64,000 nt of DNA from the NCBI GenBank assembly GCA_009841075.1, contig VXMP01000061.1, forward strand, positions 14,366 through 78,365, in the 5' to 3' direction. Made by a program: the position numbers and the translations under genes. A model generated the notes under the pieces. It was not told where the DNA came from. It did no database searches and saw only the letters and a list, made by a program, of their open reading frames with translations. Of the stretch, positions 53,677 to 63,630 are shown in pieces. The stretch's first letter is position 1, and each line of letters opens with the position of its first letter. The stretch is from Acidimicrobiia bacterium (GTDB taxonomy: Bacteria; Actinomycetota; Acidimicrobiia; Spongiisociales; Spongiisociaceae).

Positions 53677-53907
53677 ATGAGGCAGCTGGGGAACCTCTTG
53701 ATCCTGGGAGGCGCGCTGGTCATCCTGATCGGATTGGCCGCCCGGTTGGGAGTGCTTTCCTGGTTCGGGAACCTACCCGGCGATATCCGAAGGGAGGGGG
53801 AACGATCTGCCCTCTTCATCCCCCTGACCTCCATGCTAGTGGTAAGCCTGCTGTTAACCCTTTTGGTCAACCTACTGGGGCGATTCTTTCGTAACCAGGT
53901 CCCGTGA
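53677..53907 (+). CDS. DUF2905-family small membrane protein
   Basis: GNLPGDIRREGERSALFIPLTSMLVVS matches the DUF2905 pattern. Internal ATG chosen. Confidence 0.7.
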   Translation: MRQLGNLLILGGALVILIGLAARLGVLSWFGNLPGDIRREGERSALFIPLTSMLVVSLLLTLLVNLLGRFFRNQVP

Positions 53908-53913
53908 TTACTA

Positions 53914-54016
53914 ATGGGGGGCTGAAAGTCGGGGATGGGTTGGCCCCCGGCTTTCTTATAACCGGGATTTCGTTTCCTATCTGCGGGCCAACGGGATATT
54001 TTTTCAGCACCCTCCT
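53914..54016. repeat. Copy of the ~100-nt hairpin repeat family filling a convergent gene gap (left terminus degraded)
   Basis: ...GGGGATGGGTTGGCCCCC...GATTTCGTTTCC...CTGCGGGCCAACGGGATATTTTTTCAGCACCCTCCT. The right end touches the TGA stop of the NYN gene. Confidence 0.65.
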
Positions 54017-55260
54017 CAAGCCCAATCGACCAGAGCCTCGCTCTTTAGCCCCAGTGCGCCCGCGGCTTGGGCACCGGCCAGCACCTTACCATCGCTGGAC
54101 ACCACCACCGTCGAGGGACCCAGTTCCCGGGCTAAGTCGATAATCTCGTCGTCCGCCTCCCGACCCTCAAAGGTAAACCTGACCTCCACCCCGGTCTGCA
54201 ACCTATAGGCACTTCGGTCGGAACTTACATTGGAGTCCCAGATCACCGTAACCCAGGGGACCATTCTGGCTCTTACCCAAAACGTGGAGAGATCACCATG
54301 CAGACGATCACGACTCTCGGGTTGCCAGAACCGATCGGGCCAAACCTCCGGCGGATACATCTTGGCCGTGACGTTATACCCGTCCACCAGCAGGTTGAAT
54401 GGAGTCCCCAAATTGATCAGCCACTCCATCGCCTCTCGGCTGTCCGGCGAAACGCCATCCGGCAGAACCAGGGGCTGGTGGATGACGGCAGGCGGTTCCG
54501 GGGCGGAGGGACGAGTCCCGGTGAAGAGCCTCCTAACCACCTCATCCAGGTGTTGGGCCGCTTCCACCTCGTCCAGCTCCGCCCAGATGTTGGGAAGGGC
54601 GGAGGGGGTAGGAGGGCTGCGGTCGATCTTTCTTTCCTGTTCCAGATCGGCCCGAGTTTCGTCCCGCTGTCGGCGTACCTCCTCCAATTCGGCGGCTTGA
54701 TCGGCCAGTTCCCGTTTCAGATGGCGAATTTCGATCGCTTGTTGATCCCGTTCCTGTACCAGCTCAGACGGTAGGTTTTCCCTGGCCTCCTCCCAGGCCT
54801 GCTCCACCCTTTTGTCCGCTTGAGCCTCTGCCTTATCCGCCCTACTGCGCGCCTTCCTTTCCCCCCTCATCAACTTCTTTCGCTCCCCGACCAGCTTCTT
54901 GTTCTCTGCCTCAAGAACCCGGATGCGGTCGGTTTGGTCGGCGTCTCTCAGATCACGGCGAATGTCCTCTACCCGCTGCTCCCACCCTTCCGGACGCAGG
55001 ATAAAGTAGGCCGCCACCTGCTCGTATGGGTCGTCATCGTCCGTAGAGCCCTCAAAGTCCTCTGCCACCAGATCGCGAAACCACTCGTTCTGATCGACAT
55101 ACTCCTTGAGCACCTTGAAGCGCGGCGGCGGCAACCCCAGTCCGGTGTGGGCGTTGACCTTTCTCAAGACACCCGGCCTATCCGGCCCATCCATTTCCCG
55201 CAGGGTTTGGCGGGCGATTTCGATCATCCGGTTGTAGAGCTGTTCCTCACGATTTTGCAC
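54016..55260 (-). CDS. Coiled-coil protein with a C-terminal NYN/YacP-like (predicted RNase) domain
   Basis: C-terminal LLVDGYNV...VIWDS...EADDEIIDLA...VVVSSDG pattern. Central charged coiled coil. Confidence 0.65.
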   Translation of the reverse strand: MQNREEQLYNRMIEIARQTLREMDGPDRPGVLRKVNAHTGLGLPPPRFKVLKEYVDQNEWFRDLVAEDFEGSTDDDDPYEQVAAYFILRPEGWEQRVEDIRRDLRDADQTDRIRVLEAENKKLVGERKKLMRGERKARSRADKAEAQADKRVEQAWEEARENLPSELVQERDQQAIEIRHLKRELADQAAELEEVRRQRDETRADLEQERKIDRSPPTPSALPNIWAELDEVEAAQHLDEVVRRLFTGTRPSAPEPPAVIHQPLVLPDGVSPDSREAMEWLINLGTPFNLLVDGYNVTAKMYPPEVWPDRFWQPESRDRLHGDLSTFWVRARMVPWVTVIWDSNVSSDRSAYRLQTGVEVRFTFEGREADDEIIDLARELGPSTVVVSSDGKVLAGAQAAGALGLKSEALVDWA

Positions 55261-55312
55261 ACCCCTAATCTAAAGCCTCGGAACCGGATCGCACCACTTT
55301 CCGGCTAATCGG

Positions 55313-55341
55313 TTGACAATCGGGTACCGATGCTTCATAAT
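55313..55341 (+). promoter_or_regulatory. Candidate ilvBNC promoter: TTGACA, 17 nt, CATAAT
   Basis: Read directly: cggTTGACAatcgggtaccgatgcttCATAATtc, about 10 nt upstream of the leader ORF. Confidence 0.5.
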
Positions 55342-55351
55342 TCAGGATCTG

Positions 55352-55387
55352 ATGAAGGGAATTCGCCTCGTACTAATCCTTATGTAG
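55352..55387 (+). CDS. ilvB leader peptide MKGIRLVLILM (6 of 11 residues Ile/Leu/Val)
   Basis: atg aag gga att cgc ctc gta cta atc ctt atg tag. AGGA lies 4 nt upstream. It is followed by two hairpins, the second a terminator. Confidence 0.55.
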   Translation: MKGIRLVLILM

Positions 55388-55416
55388 CGCACCGTCGCCC
55401 CGCGACGTGTGCGCAG

Positions 55417-55441
55417 AACCCTCCGGTTTCGGAGGGTTTTT
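55417..55441 (+). terminator. Intrinsic terminator (attenuator) in the ilvB leader
   Basis: AACCCTCCG-GTTT-CGGAGGGTTTTT, 55 nt before the ilvB ATG. An upstream GC hairpin at 55387-55414 starts at the leader stop codon. Confidence 0.65.
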
Positions 55442-55495
55442 GTATGGGGTACCCAACCGAACCGGCCAAGATAAAACAAGGGAAACGGAACAGGC

Positions 55496-57190
55496 ATGAT
55501 CACCGGCGCAGAAGTACTTATCAAAGCACTCGAATACCAGGAAGTTGACACCGCCTTCGGCATTCCGGGCGGGGCCATTCTCCCCGCCTACGACCCGCTG
55601 CTCGACGCCGGTTTCCGTCATATCCTGGCCCGCCACGAACAAGGGGCCGGCCACATGGCAGAGGGCTACGCCTGGGCGACCGGAAAAGTGGGCGTGGCCA
55701 TCGCCACCTCCGGTCCCGGTGCCACCAACCTGGTCACCCCCTTGGCGGACGCCCTGATGGACTCGGTGCCGATGGTGGCCATCACCGGGCAGGTACCCAC
55801 CTACGCGGTGGGTAACGACGCCTTCCAGGAGGCCCACACCACCGGCATCACCATGCCCGCCACCAAGCACAACTACTTCGTAACCCACGTCGAAGAAATC
55901 GCCCAGACCATCGCCGAGGCCTTCCATCTGGCCTCCACCGGACGACCCGGGCCGGTGCTGGTCGATATCCCCAAGGACGTTCTCAACGATCGGGTGAGGT
56001 GGCGGGATCCGGAACCGGTGGCCCTGCCTGGTTACAAACCCACCGTTTCCCCCCATCCTCGGCGCATCCGGGAAGCCATCCGGCTGATCGAAAACGCCGA
56101 ACGCCCCATCCTTTATGTGGGCGGCGGAATCATCAAGGCCGAGGCGGGAACAGCCCTGACCGCCTTCACCGACCTGACCAACATGCCGGTTATCACCACC
56201 CTGATGGGTAGAGGTGCGGTCTCCGATCACCATCCCAACGTCTTGGGGATGCCGGGTATGCACGGCCTCTACGCGGCCACGACCGCCATCCAAAAGGCCG
56301 ATCTGCTGGTGGCAATCGGGGTACGATTCGACGACCGGGTCACCGGAGACCCGGATGCATTCGCCCCGTTCGCCAAAGTAATCCACGCCGATATCGACCC
56401 GGCCGAAATCGGAAAGGTAAGGGTCCCCGAGGTCCCGATCGTGGGTGATGCCCGCCTGATCCTGGAGGCATTGATCGAGGTATGGGCCGATAAACCACGT
56501 CCTAAGCTGGAAAAATGGTGGACGACCATCAAAAATTGGCAGGAACGCTACCCGCTCCATTTCGACCAGCAACCAGACGGCACTCTGAAACCCCAGTATG
56601 TGATCAGCCGCCTGCGGGACCAGGCCCACCCCGAAGCCGTTCTCGTATCGGGGGTGGGACAGCACCAGATGTGGGCCTCACAGTATTGGCGCTTTGATCA
56701 TCCCCGGCAATGGATCAACTCGGGTGGGTTGGGAACCATGGGCTTCGCCGTGCCGGCGGCTATTGGGGCCAAAGCGGGCAAGCCGGACCATCAGGTTATC
56801 GCCGTGGACGGTGACGGATGCTTCCAGATGACCTTCCAAGAGCTGATCACCGCCGCCTACGAGCAGATCCCGATCAAGGTTGCCCTGTTCAACAACGCTG
56901 CCCACGGGATGGTCCGCCAATGGCAGCGGTTGTTCTACAACGAACGTTTCTCGGGATCCGACCTGGGTAGGCAGCTGCCCGACTATCCGAAACTGGCCGA
57001 ATCGTTGGGATGCGCCGGATTGCAGGCCACCCGTGCAGAAGATGTTGACGACGTGGTCTCAACCATGCTGTCCATCGACGACCGACCGGTGGTGGCCGAG
57101 TTCGTGGTAGACCGCGACGAGATGGTGTTCCCCATGGTTCCGGCCGGCGGGTCCAACGACATCGTTCTGAACGGACCGGAGGATCTATGA
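55496..57190 (+). CDS. ilvB: Acetolactate synthase large subunit
   Basis: 564 aa. ThDP enzyme motifs (GIPGGAILP, GGLGTMGFAVPAAIGAK, DGDGCFQM). Confidence 0.96.
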   Translation: MITGAEVLIKALEYQEVDTAFGIPGGAILPAYDPLLDAGFRHILARHEQGAGHMAEGYAWATGKVGVAIATSGPGATNLVTPLADALMDSVPMVAITGQVPTYAVGNDAFQEAHTTGITMPATKHNYFVTHVEEIAQTIAEAFHLASTGRPGPVLVDIPKDVLNDRVRWRDPEPVALPGYKPTVSPHPRRIREAIRLIENAERPILYVGGGIIKAEAGTALTAFTDLTNMPVITTLMGRGAVSDHHPNVLGMPGMHGLYAATTAIQKADLLVAIGVRFDDRVTGDPDAFAPFAKVIHADIDPAEIGKVRVPEVPIVGDARLILEALIEVWADKPRPKLEKWWTTIKNWQERYPLHFDQQPDGTLKPQYVISRLRDQAHPEAVLVSGVGQHQMWASQYWRFDHPRQWINSGGLGTMGFAVPAAIGAKAGKPDHQVIAVDGDGCFQMTFQELITAAYEQIPIKVALFNNAAHGMVRQWQRLFYNERFSGSDLGRQLPDYPKLAESLGCAGLQATRAEDVDDVVSTMLSIDDRPVVAEFVVDRDEMVFPMVPAGGSNDIVLNGPEDL

Positions 57191-57690
57191 CCGAACAACA
57201 GGTACTCAGCGTGCTGGTAGAGGACAAGCCCGGTGTCCTGGCCCGGATTTCCTCCCTTTTCGCCCGGCGGGGATTCAACATCCACTCCCTGGCGGTGGGG
57301 CCGACCGCCGAGCCGGGGTTGTCGAGGATGACCATCGTGGTGGAGGCACCCAAGTTGGAGCAGGTCAAGAAGCAGCTTCACAAGCTGGTCAACGTGGTGA
57401 AGATCACCGAACTCGATGACCGGTCTTCCATCGAGCGGGAGATCATGCTGGTACGGGTCCGGGCCACCGCCAAGCAGCGCTCCGAGGTGCTCCAGCTGGC
57501 TACGGTCTTCAAGGGAACGCCGGTGGATGTCGGGGTCGATTCGATCACCTTTATGGTGACCGGAACCCCTACCAAGCTGAACGACCTGCTGGAGCTGATC
57601 CGTCCCTTCGGTCTAATGGACCTGGTCAAGTCGGGCCGGATCGCCATGCGACGGGAACCAAAGGCCCGTAAGCTGAGGGCGGTGGGATGA
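57187..57690 (+). CDS. ilvN: Acetolactate synthase small (regulatory) subunit
   Basis: ACT domain start LSVLVEDKPGVLARISSLFARRGFNI. ATGA overlap with ilvB. Confidence 0.95.
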   Translation: MTEQQVLSVLVEDKPGVLARISSLFARRGFNIHSLAVGPTAEPGLSRMTIVVEAPKLEQVKKQLHKLVNVVKITELDDRSSIEREIMLVRVRATAKQRSEVLQLATVFKGTPVDVGVDSITFMVTGTPTKLNDLLELIRPFGLMDLVKSGRIAMRREPKARKLRAVG

Positions 57691-57748
57691 TGTCGAACCT
57701 CGGCCAAACCCTCTTCTCCAACCGTAACTCGACCCAAGAAAGGTTCAT

Positions 57749-58756
57749 ATGGCGGTGATCTTTTACGACGACGATGCCGACCCCCGGCTCGTCTCGGAAC
57801 GCAAGGTGGCGGTCATCGGCTACGGCTCTCAAGGCCACGCCCACGCCCTTAACCTCCGCGAATCAGGCGTGGAGGTCCGGGTCGGACTGAGGGAATCCTC
57901 CTCCAGTCGGGCCGATGCCGAAGGGGAGGGACTGGCGGTCGGAACGGTGAAGGAGGTCTCGGATTGGGCCGATGTGGTGATGATGCTGGTCCCCGACCAA
58001 TACATGGCCGATCTGTACTCCGCAGAGGTAGCCCCCAACCTGAACCAGGGCGACGCCCTGCTGTTCGCGCACGGATTCAATATCCACTTCGGGGAGATCA
58101 AACCCCAACCGGGCCTGGACGTTCTCATGGTGGCCCCCAAAGGACCAGGCCACCTGGTGCGCCGCACCTACACGGAAGGGTCCGGGGTGCCCTGCCTGTT
58201 GGCCGTCAGCCAGGACGCCACCGGTAACGCCCGCTCCCTCGGTCTGGCCTATGCCTGGGCGATCGGAGGAACCCGGGCCGGTGTGCTGGAGACCACCTTC
58301 CGTGAGGAAACCGAGACCGACCTGTTCGGCGAGCAGGTAATCCTCTGTGGCGGGCTTTCTGAGCTGGTCAAAGCCTCCTTCGAGACCCTGGTCGAAGCCG
58401 GTTACGCCCCGGAGTCGGCCTATTTCGAAACCCTCCATGAGCTGAAGCTGATAGTGGATCTGATGTACGAAGGGGGCCTCACCTGGATGCGCTACTCCAT
58501 CTCCGACACCGCCGAATGGGGGGATTACAACACCGGCCCTCGCATCATCACCGACCAGACCCGCCAGGTCATGCAGGAGGTGCTGGACGATATCCGTTCC
58601 GGAAGATTTGCCCGCCGATGGATGGACGAAGCCCGGGCCGGAGCACCCCGACTCCTCGACCGACGGGCTCAGGAGCGCAGCCATCAGGTGGAACAGGTCG
58701 GGGCCGAGCTTCGAAACCTGATGCCCTTCCTGGTTCCCAAATCCCCTGATAGTTGA
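57749..58756 (+). CDS. ilvC: Ketol-acid reductoisomerase
   Basis: [21 protein letters not shown] and class I KARI length. Confidence 0.96.
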   Translation: MAVIFYDDDADPRLVSERKVAVIGYGSQGHAHALNLRESGVEVRVGLRESSSSRADAEGEGLAVGTVKEVSDWADVVMMLVPDQYMADLYSAEVAPNLNQGDALLFAHGFNIHFGEIKPQPGLDVLMVAPKGPGHLVRRTYTEGSGVPCLLAVSQDATGNARSLGLAYAWAIGGTRAGVLETTFREETETDLFGEQVILCGGLSELVKASFETLVEAGYAPESAYFETLHELKLIVDLMYEGGLTWMRYSISDTAEWGDYNTGPRIITDQTRQVMQEVLDDIRSGRFARRWMDEARAGAPRLLDRRAQERSHQVEQVGAELRNLMPFLVPKSPDS

Positions 58757-58783
58757 TGATATCCGCCGTTCTCCTAACTGCCG

Positions 58784-58847
58784 GCCCTGATCCTTCAGGG
58801 CACCTGGGGCTATCCGGCCTCCGCGACCTGCCCTAGGTCGTGGAGGC
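58784..58847 (+). promoter_or_regulatory. Two stable hairpins in the ilvC-leuA spacer
   Basis: GCCCTGA-TCCT-TCAGGGC (58784-58801) and GCCTCCGCGACC-7 nt-GGTCGTGGAGGC (58817-58847, one G-U pair). No U-tract. Confidence 0.3.
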
Positions 58848-58903
58848 ATCCTCCCAACCGGTAAGCCCAGCCACCCCAAAAACTGCCCCGGAGTAGATAA
58901 GCC

Positions 58904-60439
58904 ATGCCCCAGGACCAACTGATCATCTTCGATACCACCCTCCGAGACGGGGAACAAGCCCCCGGTATCGCCCTGACACCCGACGAAAAGCTCACCATCG
59001 CCCGCCAGCTCGCCAAGCTGAAGGTGGACGTAATCGAGGCCGGCTTTGCGGCCGCCTCCGATGGCGACTTCTACGGGGTCGCCCAGATAGCCAAGCTGGT
59101 AAAAGGCCCGGTGATCGCCTCCCTGTCACGCTGTACACCGGACGACATCGACCGGGCCTACGACGCGGTTCGTCACGCCGAACGCCATCGCATCCACGTC
59201 TTCCAGAGCACCTCCAAGATCCACATGGAGCGAATGCTTCGCAAGACACCGGAAGAGGTGATGCGCTCGATCGTCGAGTCGGTTCGGCGGGCACGTAGCT
59301 ACACGGACGACGTAGAGTTCTCCCCGCAAGATGCCACCCGCTCCGACCCGGATTTCATGATCGCCACCTGCCGGGCGGCCGTTCGGGAGGGCGCTACCAC
59401 CATCAACATTCCCGACACGGTCGGCTTCGCCACTCCCCAGGATTATGTCGAGCTGCTGAAAAGGGTTTACGACGAGGTGCTGGAGGGGAGGGACGACGTG
59501 ATCATATCCACCCATTGTCACAACGACCTGGGCCTGGCGGTGGCCAACTCGTTGACGGCTATCCACGCCGGTGCCCGTCAGATCGAAGGGGCTATCAACG
59601 GGATCGGCGAACGGGCCGGCAACACCTCCACCGAGGAGGTGATCATGGCTGTGGCCACCCGACAAGACCATTATCAGGTGGAGGTGGGGGCCAATACCGC
59701 CGAAATCGTACCAACCAGCCGGTTGGTTTCCCGCCTCACCGGCTATCCCATCCAGTTCAACAAGGCGGTGGTAGGTCGCAACGCCTTCGCCCATGAATCC
59801 GGTATCCATCAGCACGGTGTGCTGCGTGACCGACAAACCTACGAGATCATGGATCCCGAGTCGGTGGGGGCGACCAGCCAGATCGTGCTGGGCAAGCATT
59901 CGGGGCGGGCCGGTTTCGCGGATGCCTTGAACAAGCTCGACATCGTTTTAGAAGAAGACCAGTTCAATCAGGCCTTCCAAGCCTTTAAGGAGATGGCCGA
60001 CCGGAAGGTGGAAATAAACGAGCGGGAGCTGGCCGCCATCGTCCGGCACGGATCGACCGCCGACCACGAAACCATCCGGATGGTTTCCATGCGGGTGAGC
60101 GGCGGAACCGGGGTGATGCCCACCGCCACCGTCGAGGTAACCCGAGGGCCACGATCGGCGGTGGAGGAATACACCGGCACCGGTGACGGGATGGTGGACG
60201 CCACCTTCGACGCCCTCAAGCAGGCGGCGGGCCTTGAACCCCATCTGTTGGATTACCTGGTGGTGCCGGTAACGGACGGAGCGGACGCCATGGCCGAGGT
60301 GAACGTGGTCATCCAGGTGAACGGCTTGACGAGAAGCGGGCGGGCTATTTCCACCGACGTGGTGGAGGGTTCCGGTCTGGCTTTTGTCGAAGCCCTGAAC
60401 CGGGTCATAGACGCCGGAACGGCCCGGCCGGTTAAATAG
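58904..60439 (+). CDS. leuA: 2-isopropylmalate synthase (LeuA/CimA family, short form)
   Basis: [22 protein letters not shown] and the C-terminal LeuA dimerisation/regulatory domain. Citramalate synthase cannot be excluded from the sequence alone. Confidence 0.8.
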   Translation: MPQDQLIIFDTTLRDGEQAPGIALTPDEKLTIARQLAKLKVDVIEAGFAAASDGDFYGVAQIAKLVKGPVIASLSRCTPDDIDRAYDAVRHAERHRIHVFQSTSKIHMERMLRKTPEEVMRSIVESVRRARSYTDDVEFSPQDATRSDPDFMIATCRAAVREGATTINIPDTVGFATPQDYVELLKRVYDEVLEGRDDVIISTHCHNDLGLAVANSLTAIHAGARQIEGAINGIGERAGNTSTEEVIMAVATRQDHYQVEVGANTAEIVPTSRLVSRLTGYPIQFNKAVVGRNAFAHESGIHQHGVLRDRQTYEIMDPESVGATSQIVLGKHSGRAGFADALNKLDIVLEEDQFNQAFQAFKEMADRKVEINERELAAIVRHGSTADHETIRMVSMRVSGGTGVMPTATVEVTRGPRSAVEEYTGTGDGMVDATFDALKQAAGLEPHLLDYLVVPVTDGADAMAEVNVVIQVNGLTRSGRAISTDVVEGSGLAFVEALNRVIDAGTARPVK

Positions 60440-60461
60440 GTTACGGACAGGACGGTTGACC

Positions 60462-61532
60462 ATGGACCAGCGGAATCACCGGGTGGCGATCATCGCCGGA
60501 GACGGGATCGGGCCCGAAGTCACCGACCAGGCGCTCAAGGCTATACATGCCGCCGGAGAAAAATGCGGCTTCCGTATCCATACCGAGCCATACGACCTGG
60601 GCGGTACCCGATACCTGGCCACCGGGGAGGTTTTGCCCGATTCGGTCGAAGAGGAGTTGGCCGGGTTCGACGCCATCCTGATCGGGGCGGTAGGGACACC
60701 GGAGGTTCCACCCGGCATCCTGGAAAGAGGTCTTCTCCTCCGGCTCCGCTTCGACTTCGAGCTGTATGTAAACCTGCGTCCGATCAAGTTGCTGCCCGGG
60801 GTTCCCACCCCGATCGCCGGGTTAACCCCCGACCGCTGCGACATGCTGGTGCTGAGAGAGAACACCGAAGGCCCCTATGTGGGCACCGGAGGGGTGCTCC
60901 GCAAAGGAACACCGGCCGAGGTGGCCACCCAGGAGTCTGTGAACACCCGCTTCGGGGTGGAGCGCATCGTCCGGTATGGGTTCGAGCAGGCGATGGGACG
61001 GCGGCTTCACCTGACCTTGTGTCATAAGACCAATGTCCTCATCTACGCCGGAGACCTCTGGGATCGCACGGTGGGCGAGCTTGCCGAGCAGTACCCCGAC
61101 ATCAAGGTGGAGTACGCCCATGTGGACGCTCTTTGTCTGCATATGGTCACCCAACCGGAACGCTTCGATGTGATCGTCACCGACAACCTGTTCGGCGACA
61201 TCATCACCGACCTCGGAGCCGCGGTGCAGGGAGGGATGGGCCTGGCCGCCAGCGGCAACATCAACCCGGAACGCACCTACCCCTCCTTGTTCGAACCGGT
61301 GCACGGCTCGGCACCCGACATCGTGGGAAGGGGCTGGGCCAATCCGGCCGCGGCGGTCCTGTCGGCCGCCATGTGCCTCGACCATCTAGGAGAGGTCGAA
61401 GGAGCAACCCTCCTGGAAGAGGCGGTGGCCGGTGTGCTCCCCACCCTGAAGTCCATGGGCGGCCCCGACATGGGTGCCTCCACCGATCAGCTGGGAGACC
61501 GTATCGCCACGGCCGTTGCCGACAACGATTGA
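60462..61532 (+). CDS. leuB: 3-isopropylmalate dehydrogenase
   Basis: [19 protein letters not shown] and NLFGDIITD motifs. ATG at 60462 preferred over TTG at 60456. Confidence 0.93.
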   Translation: MDQRNHRVAIIAGDGIGPEVTDQALKAIHAAGEKCGFRIHTEPYDLGGTRYLATGEVLPDSVEEELAGFDAILIGAVGTPEVPPGILERGLLLRLRFDFELYVNLRPIKLLPGVPTPIAGLTPDRCDMLVLRENTEGPYVGTGGVLRKGTPAEVATQESVNTRFGVERIVRYGFEQAMGRRLHLTLCHKTNVLIYAGDLWDRTVGELAEQYPDIKVEYAHVDALCLHMVTQPERFDVIVTDNLFGDIITDLGAAVQGGMGLAASGNINPERTYPSLFEPVHGSAPDIVGRGWANPAAAVLSAAMCLDHLGEVEGATLLEEAVAGVLPTLKSMGGPDMGASTDQLGDRIATAVADND

Positions 61533-62140
61533 TGGAGTTCGGGGAGGTACTGTCCAAAAGGCGGATGGTGCGCCACTACACCGAGCAACCGGTGAGCCGG
61601 GAGGCACTGAACCGGGTGGTGGAGGCGGGAAGACGGGCACCCAGCGCCGGTTTCTCCCAAGGCCAGGCTTTTGTGGTGGTAACCGACCGGACCGACCGAC
61701 AAGCCATCGCCCGATTGTCCGACGAAGACCGCTATCTGGCGGCCGGGTTCGACCCTTGGATCAGCCAAGCACCCGCCCATATCGTCATATGCACCTCGGA
61801 GAAGGCCTACCGACTCCGTTACCAGGAGGCCGACAAATCATCCACCGGAGCAGAACCGAACTGGCCGGTCCCCTACTGGTGGGTGGACGCCGGTGCCGCC
61901 TTGCAAAACATTCTCCTCGCCGCAGTGGACGAAGGTTTGGCCGCCGGCTTCTTGGGTAGCCATGCCCTTCCCGGGCTGGCCGACCTCCTGGATATCCCCG
62001 CCGATTACCAACCGATCGGGCTGGTAACGGTCGGTCATCCCGCCCCCGATCGCCGCTCCTCCTCCCTGGACCGAGGGTGGCGGCCTAAAGAGGACGTCAT
62101 CCACTGGAATCGTTGGCTTAGACCGGATCCTCCGTCTTGA
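61532..62140 (+). CDS. Nitroreductase-family protein
   Basis: [40 protein letters not shown]. The start overlaps the leuB stop (TGATG). Internal start of ORF 61133-62140. Confidence 0.8.
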   Translation: MEFGEVLSKRRMVRHYTEQPVSREALNRVVEAGRRAPSAGFSQGQAFVVVTDRTDRQAIARLSDEDRYLAAGFDPWISQAPAHIVICTSEKAYRLRYQEADKSSTGAEPNWPVPYWWVDAGAALQNILLAAVDEGLAAGFLGSHALPGLADLLDIPADYQPIGLVTVGHPAPDRRSSSLDRGWRPKEDVIHWNRWLRPDPPS

Positions 62141-62949
62141 GCCTCCCTGAGATCACCTCCACCACCAACCCCAGGGTCAAGCGGCTGGTGAGGCTGCGCA
62201 GCAGACGTCATCGAGAGGCCGAAGGGGTCTTCCTGATCGAAGGATTTCGGGAGCTGGCCCGAGCAGTCTTCGCCGGTGTCCGCCTTGCCGAGGTCTACGT
62301 GTGCGAGCAGCTGTTCATAGGCGAGAACGAACCGGACCTGATCCAACAGCTTGAGGAATCTGGTGCCAGGATTTATCGTCTGTCGGTCGACCCGTTGCGG
62401 AAGGTTGCCTATCGGGACCGTCCGGAAGGGCTCCTCGGGGTGGCACCTCAATTCGACACCGGGCTGGCATCCATCTCACCCTCATCCGACTCGCTGCTGT
62501 TGGTGGTGGAAGGGATCGAAAAACCCGGCAACCTAGGGACCATATTGCGTACTGCCGATGCCGCCGGGGTGGAGGCCGTTGTCGTGGCCGACCCGACCAC
62601 CGACCCGTTCAACCCCAACGTGGTCCGGGCCTCCTTGGGATGTTTGTTCACGGTTCCCTTGGCCGTATCCACCTCACCCAAGGTGGTCCGATGGCTGGAG
62701 GAACACCAGGTACGGGTTATAGCCACCTCTCCGTCCGCTCCGGACAGCTACTGGGAGGCTGATTACTCGGGTTCGGTAGCAATTGTGGTGGGATCCGAAC
62801 AATACGGTCTGGGCGAAATCTGGCTCGACGGGAACTTCCCGACCGTCTCCATCCCGATGAAAGGTTCGGCCGACTCGCTCAACGCCGCCATATCCTCATC
62901 CCTGGTCCTCTTCGAAGCCCTTCGGCAGCGGGCTCGAACTATGGGTTAG
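62137..62949 (+). CDS. TrmH/SpoU-family RNA 2'-O-methyltransferase
   Basis: NPRVKRL...IEG; C-terminal GIEKPGNLGTILRTADAAG, VGSEQYGL and SLNAA SPOUT motifs. Confidence 0.85.
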   Translation: MSLPEITSTTNPRVKRLVRLRSRRHREAEGVFLIEGFRELARAVFAGVRLAEVYVCEQLFIGENEPDLIQQLEESGARIYRLSVDPLRKVAYRDRPEGLLGVAPQFDTGLASISPSSDSLLLVVEGIEKPGNLGTILRTADAAGVEAVVVADPTTDPFNPNVVRASLGCLFTVPLAVSTSPKVVRWLEEHQVRVIATSPSAPDSYWEADYSGSVAIVVGSEQYGLGEIWLDGNFPTVSIPMKGSADSLNAAISSSLVLFEALRQRARTMG

Positions 62950-63012
62950 AAAGAGCGTCGTCGAAAAGTACCCAGACCCTGCCCACGACCCGGAATCAAA
63001 AGAATTGGTAAT

Positions 63013-63228
63013 TCAGTTTGTTCCAATAGCCGTTCGGCAACAGAAACACTTCTCTAAAGCTTCCGCCATCGTATCTTCGATTTCTTCCATAATAATCATC
63101 GAGTCAAACTCATCAAAAACACGCTGGTTTTCAGGAGAGTTCGGATTTTCGATGCTCTGTACCATATGCTGGACTCCGCGAACCAGACAGGCTGTTTCGA
63201 GGGTCAAGATACCCAAGTCGATAGTCAT
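63013..63228 (-). CDS. Hypothetical 71-aa acidic protein in the low-GC patch
   Basis: ATG-started ORF 15 nt after the wHTH gene stop. AT-rich codons. Family not recognised. Confidence 0.35.
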   Translation of the reverse strand: MTIDLGILTLETACLVRGVQHMVQSIENPNSPENQRVFDEFDSMIIMEEIEDTMAEALEKCFCCRTAIGTN

Positions 63229-63243
63229 TTTTGTCCTTTCGGT

Positions 63244-63477
63244 TTACGAGCCCTTGTAACCAGCACCCCTGCCACTCGACCACAGATCGAGCAGGTCGTA
63301 AGCGATATACCAGTGTCGGTTACGACCGGGACCGTCACTCGGTACGTCGATCGGCGACAGCACGCCGCGGTCGGCCAGTGTAGCCAGCGCGGCTCGGGCG
63401 CTTCGTTCGCTGATTGCAAGTAATCCGGCCACGTCTCCGGCACTGAGTAGCGGATGTGCGGGGAGGTGGGGGAACAA
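63244..63477 (-). CDS. Winged-helix DNA-binding protein resembling the C-terminal wHTH of Fic-family proteins (stand-alone or a gene fragment)
   Basis: LLSAGDVAGLLAISERSARAALATLADRGVLSPI...GRNRHWYIAYDLLDL. TTG start. The frame is open only ~30 codons further upstream. Confidence 0.45.
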   Translation of the reverse strand: MFPHLPAHPLLSAGDVAGLLAISERSARAALATLADRGVLSPIDVPSDGPGRNRHWYIAYDLLDLWSSGRGAGYKGS

Positions 63478-63630
63478 GGCGCGGGCACTATGGTCGGTAC
63501 GGAGCCCGCTGAGGGCATCCAGAGGGAAACTTTCATAGGGTGCGACCGAGAGCAGATGGTCTTATAAGAAGATCGGCGTCACACAGATCGCTGCGAGGGT
63601 AGTACCGCCTTCACCTGTGCCAACAAACAG

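Noticed and set aside
62950-63012. tRNA or integration (att) site at the boundary of the low-GC patch.
   Set aside because: No cloverleaf-compatible sequence, T-loop (GTTCNANNC) or repeat was visible in the 63-nt spacer or nearby.
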